Both the position numbers and the translations under genes were made by a program. Below are positions 1-6,572 of a stretch of 10,807 nt of DNA, piece after piece (within the stretch, counting starts at the first letter, position 1; every line of letters begins with the position of its first letter). The notes under the pieces are model-generated. The model ran no database searches, was not told the DNA's origin, and saw only the letters and a program-made list of their open reading frames with translations. This DNA is from Parcubacteria group bacterium. Lineage in GTDB: Bacteria; Patescibacteriota; Minisyncoccia; Phycocordibacterales; JABMOB01. Where the stretch lies: NCBI GenBank assembly GCA_013204345.1, contig JABMOB010000032.1, positions 1-10,807 on the forward strand, in the 5' to 3' direction.

Positions 1-294
1 GAGGACTTGAAACCTGATTGAGCCGAGCATAGCGAGCCAATCAGGGTACTGAAACTGTAAGTTTCAAGATTCCTCTACCCGGCACAAATTGAGCGAAGCG
101 ATATTTTGTGCCGGAACGAAAGTACGGGGGTACTTTCGTGGAGGACTTGAAACCTGATTGAGCCGAGCATAGCGAGCCAATCAGGGTACTGAAACTGTAA
201 GTTTCAAGATTCCTCTCCCCGGCACCACATAGCACAAAACCGCTCCGAGCGATTTTTGCTTTGGTGGCGGGAGAAAGTACGGGGGTACTTTCGT
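1..294 (+). repeat. Tandem 140-bp structured repeat, units 1-140 and 141-280 plus a partial third copy at 281-294. Each unit has a 77-bp constant part identical in both copies: a long imperfect stem (gaggacttgaaac ... gtttcaagattcctc) enclosing an 8-bp hairpin (cctgattg / caatcagg). This is followed by a variable ~40-55 bp hairpin (ccggcacaaa / tttgtgccgg in unit 1; a different, longer sequence that still starts ccggcac and ends ggtggcgg in unit 2). A constant perfect hairpin (gaaagtac-ggg-ggtactttc) closes the unit. Candidate tandem structured RNA; strand unknown.
   Basis: Direct reading: 1-77 is identical to 141-217. 118-140 is identical to 258-280. Stems are as listed. The unit starts a third time at 281 and ends in a T-run at 316-321. 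Confidence 0.6.
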
Positions 295-446
295 GGAGGA
301 CTTGAAAACCTTTGATAGTTTTTTGGAGCATATTTTATGAACAAAAAACAGAAAAGGTGACTAAATTCCCAAACACATACACACTGGATTATGATGTAAC
401 GCTGTCCTTAAATGCAATGAGATGTTAAAATGTCGGCAACTTAATC

Positions 447-1961
447 ATGGAAAATAATTTGATGATTTCAAATAGAAAATTTGTGCTCGAGACTGTTGTA
501 TTTGTCTGCGGAGCGGTAGTGATGATTTTTGAATTAGTTGGATCGCGCATCATTGCTCCTTATGTGGGTACCTCGATTTATGCATGGACCAGTTTAATAG
601 GAGTAATCCTTGCGAGTTTGAGTATTGGATACTATGTCGGCGGTTATTTGGCAGACAAGAAACCCAACATAAAACCAATGGCTTTAATCATTCTTTTTTC
701 CGCCGTAGCAATAGCTTTCTCAGCTTTTACAAAAGATATTTTTTCAGGGGTTATTTCGACTTTTCAGATAACCCTAGAGATGAAATCTATAATGATTTCA
801 TTGATACTCTTTGCGCCAGCTAGTTTTCTCTTAGGTATGGTTTCTCCATATGCGGTAAGACTTAGGATGAGCGACATAAATAAATCTGGAAGAATAGCAG
901 GCAATCTTTATGCTATATCAACAGCTGGTAGTATCTTCGGTACTTTTTTAGCTGGTTTTTATATCATTCCAAATTTTGGCTCAACCAATACACTAGTAAT
1001 TCTTTCTGTCGTTCTTTTATTCATGGCTGTTTTGCTGTTTTTGGGCACAAGAATAGAAAAATCTTTTAAGGTGGGAGTTTTTCTTTTAATTGTTTTCTTG
1101 GGATTAACTCAAATGGTTTCGATTATAAAACAAAAGATACTCGTGACTGATGTTGATACAGAGTATAACCGTATTTTGGTTTTTCACTCAACCGATCTTG
1201 CGACAAAAAAACCAATACTAGCTCTTGTAACTGACCCGTATGGTACTCAAGCAGCTATGTTCACTGATGGCACTAGTGACTTAGTTTTTGATTACACCAA
1301 ATTTTATCGATTATTTAGTTATTTCGTACCTAATCCCACTAATGTCCTTATGATTGGCGGTAGTGCTTACACGTACCCTCGTGATTTTATTAAGAATTAT
1401 CCAGACACAAAAATGGATGTGGTTGAAATTGATCCTGGCATGACAACTATTGCCCAAAAGTACTTCGGATTAAACGACGAAAAGAATCTTACTATTTATC
1501 ATCAAGATGCACGTATTTATTTAAACGAGAACAAAAAGAAATATGACGTCATTTTTGGTGACGCGTTTAATTCTGCATCAGCAATTCCTTTTCAACTAAC
1601 AACAAAAGAAGCTGTGATCAAAGAATACGACGCGCTCAATGACGACGGAGTAATTATGGTTAACATTATTTCAGCCATCAAAGGCGAGAAAGGAAAGTTT
1701 GCTAGGGCAGAGTACACCACATATAAAAAAATTTTTCCGCAAGTTTTTTTATTTGCGGTTCAAAATATAGATAACGGGAATGAAACTCAAAATATCATGC
1801 TTGTAGCTTTAAAGTCTGAAAAAGTTTCAAAATGGGAAAGTCCCAATAAAGAAATCAGCGGATTTCTGGCTCAAGTTTGGAAGAAGCCCATAGTCAACGA
1901 TATGCCAATACTAACAGATGATTTTGCTCCGGTGGAATACTATAAACGTGTTTCTTTATAA
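447..1961 (+). CDS. Fused polytopic membrane domain / spermidine synthase-like (polyamine aminopropyltransferase fold) protein, 504 aa
   Basis: About 7 N-terminal hydrophobic helices over residues 1-220. The C-terminal half carries the spermidine-synthase-type Rossmann core (VLMIGGSAYTYPRDF ... DVVEIDPGMTTIAQKYFGL ... YDVIFGDAFNS). This matches the widespread fused MFS/spermidine synthase architecture. The long ORF in this frame is the only credible one. Confidence 0.75.
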   Translation: MENNLMISNRKFVLETVVFVCGAVVMIFELVGSRIIAPYVGTSIYAWTSLIGVILASLSIGYYVGGYLADKKPNIKPMALIILFSAVAIAFSAFTKDIFSGVISTFQITLEMKSIMISLILFAPASFLLGMVSPYAVRLRMSDINKSGRIAGNLYAISTAGSIFGTFLAGFYIIPNFGSTNTLVILSVVLLFMAVLLFLGTRIEKSFKVGVFLLIVFLGLTQMVSIIKQKILVTDVDTEYNRILVFHSTDLATKKPILALVTDPYGTQAAMFTDGTSDLVFDYTKFYRLFSYFVPNPTNVLMIGGSAYTYPRDFIKNYPDTKMDVVEIDPGMTTIAQKYFGLNDEKNLTIYHQDARIYLNENKKKYDVIFGDAFNSASAIPFQLTTKEAVIKEYDALNDDGVIMVNIISAIKGEKGKFARAEYTTYKKIFPQVFLFAVQNIDNGNETQNIMLVALKSEKVSKWESPNKEISGFLAQVWKKPIVNDMPILTDDFAPVEYYKRVSL

Positions 1962-1996
1962 GGATTTTCGATGTATGTTTTTTGAACCTTTTTTAC

Positions 1997-2025
1997 TTGA
2001 CTTTTAATTGTAAGTGTGATAGTAT
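1997..2025 (+). promoter_or_regulatory. Sigma70-type promoter TTGACT-N17-TAGTAT with an extended -10 TG (2017-2018). It would drive the GC-rich SPFH island.
   Basis: -35 TTGACT at 1997-2002, a 17-nt spacer, -10 TAGTAT at 2020-2025, and TG at -15/-14. The predicted TSS near 2032 leaves a ~87-nt leader containing two hairpins. Confidence 0.45.
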
Positions 2026-2118
2026 TAATACCATAAAGGAACATGTAGTTCCTTGACAATAAACCAACAATTTCCCGCTTTAAAACGGGAATTAAACAAA
2101 CAGAAACGGAGCACAAAA

Positions 2119-3033
2119 ATGTATTGGTCTAAAAAATTTCTACTGGCAATAAGCCTACCCTGCATCGTGATCGCCACCGTACTTTTTACGATACTTCTTG
2201 CCTCTTTGGCGAAAGTATCAAACCCTGTTGGCACAGGGTCTGCTGTCGGACTGGTAGCTGGAATTATCTTTGTTGGGCTCTTACTGCCCTACTCCAGTAT
2301 CAGTGTTGACGCGTACAAAGCAAAGGTGACCAAAGACTACTTTACGGGCAAATTGTATGCCTACACTGACAAATTCAGTCTCAGGTGGCCTTGGGAAATT
2401 CAGCAGGGAGACGAGATAATTCTCGAAAGAGAGTTTGTCGTCTCCTCTGGAGATCCTACGGTTGAAGAAATGGGAACTGACGACCATCAAGCCGTTGACG
2501 GTCCGACAATGTCTATTGGGTGGGCTATCCCCACCCGAGTCGACAAAGAACGTGTTTTGACATTCATCCAAAATGACCCGAAAACATGGAAGGTCATTCT
2601 TCACGGAATGATCGGAAAACTGGTAGGTGACGTGATCGGCAACGAACAATCAGAAAATGTTTTAAAAAAGAGAAAGGAGATCAGCGACAAGATCACTCGG
2701 GCATTCGAAGGTGATAAGAGAAATTACTTTGAGGAAATATACGGACTCAAAGTCGGACCCATCGAAATTCGTAAAGCAACTCAAGACGCCACTTCGGCAC
2801 AAGGAAGAGCTGAGATAGCCAGAGCACAAAATCGCGCAGAGGCAATCAAAGAGCTCATCGATGGAGGAGTACCAGCAGAAGAAGCAGTGCGGGCAGTTCA
2901 GTTAATGTTTGGAGAAATCGCCCCCCTGATCCACGAAGGTCTACCTCCAAACCTGAGTGTGTATGCACCAGGAGCATCAGGATTCATGGCGGGATCGGTC
3001 GGACGAGTAAAATCGGGTAATCAGAGAACTTAA
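2119..3033 (+). CDS. SPFH/band-7 (stomatin/prohibitin/HflKC-like) membrane protein, ~304 aa. The start is placed at ATG 2119 (GGAG 7 nt upstream) rather than the track's TTG at 2053.
   Basis: An N-terminal TM anchor is followed by an SPFH-like core (LRWPWEIQQGDE ... VDGPTMSIGWAIPTRVDKERVLTF ... DPKTWKV). The characteristic C-terminal coiled-coil/Ala-Glu-rich segment is present (ATSAQGRAEIARAQNRAEAIKEL). GC content is ~50%, against ~35% in flanking genes. Confidence 0.6.
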   Translation: MYWSKKFLLAISLPCIVIATVLFTILLASLAKVSNPVGTGSAVGLVAGIIFVGLLLPYSSISVDAYKAKVTKDYFTGKLYAYTDKFSLRWPWEIQQGDEIILEREFVVSSGDPTVEEMGTDDHQAVDGPTMSIGWAIPTRVDKERVLTFIQNDPKTWKVILHGMIGKLVGDVIGNEQSENVLKKRKEISDKITRAFEGDKRNYFEEIYGLKVGPIEIRKATQDATSAQGRAEIARAQNRAEAIKELIDGGVPAEEAVRAVQLMFGEIAPLIHEGLPPNLSVYAPGASGFMAGSVGRVKSGNQRT

Positions 3034-3052
3034 GCAAAACAGGAGATATGGA

Positions 3053-3574
3053 ATGACGACAACACCCACATCGATAGCAGGAACATCCGCAGTGCCCACA
3101 CAGACCCACAGGTCTGTGAATATCGGCAAGGTGGCTGGATCATGGATCATCGGAGTTACGGTAATTGTGACATTGCTAATCATAATAGCAATGGCTATCG
3201 GAAGAGTCGGAGCGGCACCAGCTCCCACCGTCTCACAAGGAGAAGGAACGCAGGTGAACAATCCGAATCCGGGGATGATACCGTTCGGACAGTATGATCT
3301 TCCCCAAAAGGGAATCATCACAGTCAACCCCGGCGATCCGAGCACCTCACCGTGCAAGGAAAACGGATGGGGCGAGGTGAGGGGACACGCAGGGTTACGT
3401 GTAGAGTACACGTGGCGAGGAAGGGTGTGGATCAAAACGGAGAGGGGTAATGAACTCCTGTCTGGAGATCCTCATTCTTTCACGGAAACTCCGGCGGCGA
3501 ACGTTGTTTGGTTTATGTCACGGGAAGACGGATCTGTGGATGTGGAATATGAGTATGTTCCACTGAAGCGCTAA
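3053..3574 (+). CDS. Small membrane-anchored hypothetical protein (173 aa), co-transcribed with the SPFH gene. Possible SPFH partner (NfeD-like role); this is speculative.
   Basis: Good SD AGGAGA at 3041-3046, 6 nt before the ATG. The product has an N-terminal Thr/Ser-rich segment, one TM helix (WIIGVTVIVTLLIIIAMAIG) and a beta-rich C-terminus. It shares the GC-rich island composition. Confidence 0.55.
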   Translation: MTTTPTSIAGTSAVPTQTHRSVNIGKVAGSWIIGVTVIVTLLIIIAMAIGRVGAAPAPTVSQGEGTQVNNPNPGMIPFGQYDLPQKGIITVNPGDPSTSPCKENGWGEVRGHAGLRVEYTWRGRVWIKTERGNELLSGDPHSFTETPAANVVWFMSREDGSVDVEYEYVPLKR

Positions 3575-3593
3575 ATCCGGCAAAGCACAAGGG

Positions 3594-3630
3594 CGGAAGG
3601 AAACGCAAGTTTCCCTCCGTCCTTTTTTTT
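3594..3630 (+). terminator. Rho-independent terminator for the SPFH operon
   Basis: An 11-bp stem (cggaaggaaac / gtttccctccg, one mismatch) with a GCAA tetraloop, followed by tcc + T8 at 3623-3630. Confidence 0.7.
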
Positions 3631-3635
3631 ATAAA

Positions 3636-3672
3636 ACAAAACCGCTCTGATCTTGTCGAAGAGCGGTTTTGT
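3636..3672 (-). terminator. Rho-independent terminator for the minus-strand pilin operon (convergent with the + terminator)
   Basis: Stem aaaaccgctc / gagcggtttt around a 13-nt loop. On the minus strand it is followed by a U-rich tract (revcomp of 3623-3637). It lies immediately downstream of the stop of CDS 3687..3953. Confidence 0.55.
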
Positions 3673-3686
3673 AAACAGAGCCTGTT

Positions 3687-3953
3687 TTATATCCCCGAAT
3701 TTGGTGGTACCGGAATTCCAAATGTTCCAAGAACAAGATTTATTATCCCGTACACCGCAACCATAATAAACAAACCGATAACCCCATACATTATATTTTT
3801 TTTGCCTTTTTCTCTCCCCTCATCACTTCCAGTCTTTCCAATAAATTGGAAAATACCAAAGAAAAAATAAGCAAAAGCAATAGCAAACATCAATCCTATT
3901 ACAGGATTCAGAATAGCAGCATTTATTTTATACAATAGGGGCCAAATCGTCAT
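3687..3953 (-). CDS. VirB2/TrbC-like (CPR T4SS-type) pilin paralog 1, 88 aa. It lacks an N-terminal cleavable signal peptide.
   Basis: Two hydrophobic helices separated by a charged loop (GSDEGREKGKKNIMYGVIGLFIMVAVYGIINL). The core aligns with the five upstream paralogs. Confidence 0.6.
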   Translation of the reverse strand: MTIWPLLYKINAAILNPVIGLMFAIAFAYFFFGIFQFIGKTGSDEGREKGKKNIMYGVIGLFIMVAVYGIINLVLGTFGIPVPPNSGI

Positions 3954-3993
3954 TATTGAGTATAGTGGTCAAAGACTAACCAGACTTAATACC

Positions 3994-4356
3994 TTAAATA
4001 TTCGGAATTGTCACAGAACTACTAGTATTATCTGTAATACCAAATACTCCCTGAAGATAACTGATAATACCGTAAAGAGAACCTGTTACAAAAAGTGCAA
4101 CGACCCCCCAAAGCATTATTTGCTTACCTTCACCTTTCTTTTCTTCATCACCAGCTGAAAGAATAAACTTTGCAACACCGTAAAAGAAATACAAAAGCTC
4201 TAGACCAAAAGCTACAGGAATGAGAGTGCGGACGATACTAGCAACTCCTCCGGCTAAATCATTCAAACCCTGAAGATTTGAACTACCAGCAGCAAAAGCC
4301 AAAGCTGGTAATGCCATTACCCCAACACCCACTATAAATTTAACTGTTTTTTTCAT
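3994..4356 (-). CDS. VirB2/TrbC-like pilin paralog 2, 120 aa, with a Sec signal peptide (AFA|AG)
   Basis: Signal peptide, helix 1 (LIPVAFGLELLYFFYGVAKFIL), charged loop (SAGDEEKKGEGKQ), helix 2 (IMLWGVVALFVTGSLYGIISYL). Confidence 0.7.
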   Translation of the reverse strand: MKKTVKFIVGVGVMALPALAFAAGSSNLQGLNDLAGGVASIVRTLIPVAFGLELLYFFYGVAKFILSAGDEEKKGEGKQIMLWGVVALFVTGSLYGIISYLQGVFGITDNTSSSVTIPNI

Positions 4357-4490
4357 TTTTATTAAATAAAACTTAATAATTAATAATAGAACACATAATA
4401 AACGACCCTTTTAAATAAATACTAAACATTACAATAATAACACATATAAATCGGTCAAGAAAGTGAACTGTGGATAAGAAAGCTCGCCAC

Positions 4491-4646
4491 TTCTTTAAAA
4501 TGACCAGAATGCTTCAGTGATAAAGAAATTATACTCGTCTCGTTTACGAAATATTGAAAACTCGGCCTATTCTGGCCTCAAACATTCAATATTTCTACTC
4601 GACTCGATAATTTCCAATCACCTCCCGCAATGGTCATTTTAAAGAA
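4491..4646. repeat. Nested inverted-repeat element inside the 462-bp gap in the pilin array. Outer 15-bp IR ttctttaaaatgacc (4491-4505 / 4632-4646). Inner 11-bp perfect IR gaaatattgaa / ttcaatatttc (4549-4559 / 4586-4596). Central ggcc-tattct-ggcc.
   Basis: Read directly from the sequence. No ORF of 60 aa or more on either strand in 4357-4818. Confidence 0.5.
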
Positions 4647-4818
4647 AAGGTTCACTTCAGTGGAAAAAATCACCTGCGGACAGTTTTAAAAAGGTTATTC
4701 CTCGCTCTTGTGGAAAGACACATGGATACTTAGTGAGCCGGTTCTCATCCACCAACGAACAAGCTCACTCTAGCAAGAGAGTGGAATATTTCACTAACAT
4801 TCATTTAAACCCCTTGAT

Positions 4819-5172
4819 TTATGGGTTATAGACAGCTGGCGCTGGTGTAGTCTCCAAACCGAGCTCATACTGAATAAAATATATGACGCCCCACAAAGAT
4901 CCCATTACAAAAATAGAAATAACGCCCCACAACATAAGACTCTTGCCCTCCTTAATAGCATCCTCATCCCCTTCTCTAGATTTAAAGACAAATTTTGCGA
5001 CTCCGTAGAAAAAAACAATCAAAGCCAAACCAAAAACAACAGGAATAACAAGATTGATCAAAGTGAGAACGGCAACTAAAAGATCCTGAACATTAGAAAT
5101 GGCAAAAACCAAAACTGGTGTAAGGATGAGAGTAATTAGTGTTAAAAATTTATACATATTATTTAAAAACAT
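4819..5172 (-). CDS. VirB2/TrbC-like pilin paralog 3, 117 aa, signal peptide (VFA|IS)
   Basis: Conserved core LIPVVFGLALIVFFYGVAKFVFKSREGDEDAIKEGKSLMLWGVISIFVMGSLWGVIYFI. Confidence 0.7.
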   Translation of the reverse strand: MFLNNMYKFLTLITLILTPVLVFAISNVQDLLVAVLTLINLVIPVVFGLALIVFFYGVAKFVFKSREGDEDAIKEGKSLMLWGVISIFVMGSLWGVIYFIQYELGLETTPAPAVYNP

Positions 5173-5175
5173 TGA

Positions 5176-5616
5176 TTAAATACAAGGCACCGAACCTATT
5201 TGATCAGCTGGTATATCGGCACAATAAGGAGCACCACCACTAGTACCCGCCGTTGGTGCATTCTCCGGTAAAAGATGGAAAGCTCCAAAACCAAAACTAT
5301 TTGTAAAAAAAGCTAAAATACCCCATATAGAGATCATTACAAATAAAGAAATAACACCCCAAATCATCAAACTCTTCCCTTCTTTGACAGAATCCTCACT
5401 ACCCCCAGCTTTGATAAATTTGACCAACCCCCAAAAGAACGAAAGAATGGCGAGACCAACTAATACTGGAATAAGTAAATTTACAATGCCTATAATAATA
5501 CCCACAAAACCCTTGAAATTTGTTGGTTGAGCGACAGCAAATACGAAAAATGGAGTGAAAGCAAAAAATCCAAAAATAACAACTGGCAAAATTTTTCGTT
5601 TATGTTTGATATTCAT
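5176..5616 (-). CDS. VirB2/TrbC-like pilin paralog 4, 146 aa, signal peptide, C-terminal Cys pair (YCADIPADQIGSVPCI)
   Basis: Core LIPVLVGLAILSFFWGLVKFIKAGGSEDSVKEGKSLMIWGVISLFVMISIWGILAFF. Separated by 3 bp from paralog 3. Confidence 0.7.
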   Translation of the reverse strand: MNIKHKRKILPVVIFGFFAFTPFFVFAVAQPTNFKGFVGIIIGIVNLLIPVLVGLAILSFFWGLVKFIKAGGSEDSVKEGKSLMIWGVISLFVMISIWGILAFFTNSFGFGAFHLLPENAPTAGTSGGAPYCADIPADQIGSVPCI

Positions 5617-5618
5617 AT

Positions 5619-6119
5619 TTAGACTCTAATTTGACTAATCGTAGCCTCAATACCATTTGCAATTACCCATGCACCCAAAAGAACGGCTGTACCAACAACA
5701 GCCCACTTGAAAGTATCTTTAGCTTTTTTAATTTTGTCTTCACTATCACCTGCTGTAACAAAAAGAAAACCAGAATATATTATGAAGATCACGGCTATAA
5801 CCGAACCTAAAGGAAGAACAACATTATTGGCAAAATCTGTGATAAGCCCTGTAAAGGTACACGACCTTAGGGGGTTGGGGAAAGTGCCTGTCTGACAGTT
5901 ATCATTTGAATTTGGGATTGGATTCGTACCACCGGTTGGATTAGGGCTTGTGCCGCCAGTGGGGATTGGATTCGTACCACCGGTTGGATTAGGGCTTGTG
6001 CCGCCGGTATGGGAATTAGCATAAGATATCTGAACAAAAGTTGGTGCCACTATAACAGCAAAAATCAATAAAAATACCCCCGTAACACACAATGTTGGTA
6101 AAAATTTTTTTATAATCAT
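5619..6119 (-). CDS. VirB2/TrbC-like pilin paralog 5, 166 aa. Signal peptide, then a Pro/Thr-rich tandem-repeat linker (TGGTSPNPTGGTNPIP x2), then a Cys-X12-Cys loop, then the pilin core.
   Basis: Core VIAVIFIIYSGFLFVTAGDSEDKIKKAKDTFKWAVVGTAVLLGAWVIANGI. Separated by 2 bp from paralog 4. Confidence 0.65.
   Translation of the reverse strand: MIIKKFLPTLCVTGVFLLIFAVIVAPTFVQISYANSHTGGTSPNPTGGTNPIPTGGTSPNPTGGTNPIPNSNDNCQTGTFPNPLRSCTFTGLITDFANNVVLPLGSVIAVIFIIYSGFLFVTAGDSEDKIKKAKDTFKWAVVGTAVLLGAWVIANGIEATISQIRV
5914..6009. repeat. 48-bp direct tandem repeat x2 (one copy 5914-5961, the second 5962-6009, with 1-2 mismatches at the 3' end) encoding the Pro/Thr/Gly linker of pilin paralog 5
   Basis: gggattggattcgtaccaccggttggattagggcttgtgccgcc repeated back-to-back. 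Confidence 0.8.
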
Positions 6120-6134
6120 AAATTTTTTATTTAA

Positions 6135-6572
6135 TTATCTAATCAAATCTAAAATAGAACCGTCCGGTAAATTTGTTCCTGAAACATCTGGTCTCAAAAG
6201 TGCGTTGGTAAGAGTATACACGATAAGCCAACCAGCCAAAACAAAGAACAAGCCCCACAAAACTTTGGTAAATATATCTTTACCTTGTTTTATTTTACTT
6301 TCATCACCCGCAGAAGTTAGAAAAAGATATCCGGCATAAATAAAAGCGGCAGCTGAAAGAGGTATGGAAAGTTGGACTAAAAAGTTTATTATATTTCTAG
6401 CGAGGATAACCAGATCATCAAAACCACACTCTCGACTTACGCCATTTACACCAGCACAATCTGGAACAATGCCAGCAGAAACAAACAAAGGCGTCATGAA
6501 CAAACCGAGTATAAAAATCGGTAAAATGAAAGCGGAAATTTTTTTAAATATTAAATTCATGTTAATTGACAC
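6135..6572 (-). CDS. VirB2/TrbC-like pilin paralog 6, 145 aa. Signal peptide (VSA|GI), Cys-X11-Cys loop, pilin core. The start could instead be the internal ATG near 6560, which would remove the 11-bp overlap with the upstream gene.
   Basis: Core AAAFIYAGYLFLTSAGDESKIKQGKDIFTKVLWGLFFVLAGWLIVYTL. Confidence 0.65.
   Translation of the reverse strand: MSINMNLIFKKISAFILPIFILGLFMTPLFVSAGIVPDCAGVNGVSRECGFDDLVILARNIINFLVQLSIPLSAAAFIYAGYLFLTSAGDESKIKQGKDIFTKVLWGLFFVLAGWLIVYTLTNALLRPDVSGTNLPDGSILDLIR

Noticed and set aside
14-48. Hammerhead-like CUGAnGA motif (ctgattgag) inside the repeat
   Set aside because: There is one extra nucleotide relative to the CUGAUGA core. The segment is also fully consumed by a perfect 8-bp stem (cctgattg / caatcagg), which is incompatible with the hammerhead catalytic core.
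1-294. CRISPR array interpretation of the tandem repeat
   Set aside because: The period is 140 bp with ~100 bp constant and ~40-55 bp variable segments. This is far outside CRISPR repeat/spacer sizes, and no cas genes are adjacent in the window.
41-331. 96-aa minus-strand ORF
   Set aside because: It spans the tandem repeat and is composed largely of repeat-derived duplicated peptide. No start context. Most likely spurious.
584-823. 79-aa + ORF
   Set aside because: Alternative frame inside the well-supported 447..1961 CDS.
2053-2118. Upstream TTG start for the SPFH gene given by the ORF track
   Set aside because: No SD. It would lie ~21 nt from the predicted TSS and sits within leader hairpins. 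ATG 2119 has GGAG 7 nt upstream.
2025-3435. Minus-strand ORFs 2025..2234, 2281..2649 and 2977..3435
   Set aside because: Antisense to the GC-rich SPFH island, where high GC inflates random ORF length. They have no domain signal, unlike the homology-supported + strand genes.
4430-4458. Internal promoter (TTGACC -N16/17- TATTGT/ATTGTA, minus strand) upstream of pilin 2
   Set aside because: The -10 is weak and AT-rich background produces many such matches. Kept only as a possibility within the gap finding.
4357-4818. Degenerate pilin pseudogene in the array gap
   Set aside because: Minus-strand translation shows no remnant of the conserved G-D-E ... K-E-G-K ... W-G core, and stop codons are frequent in all frames.
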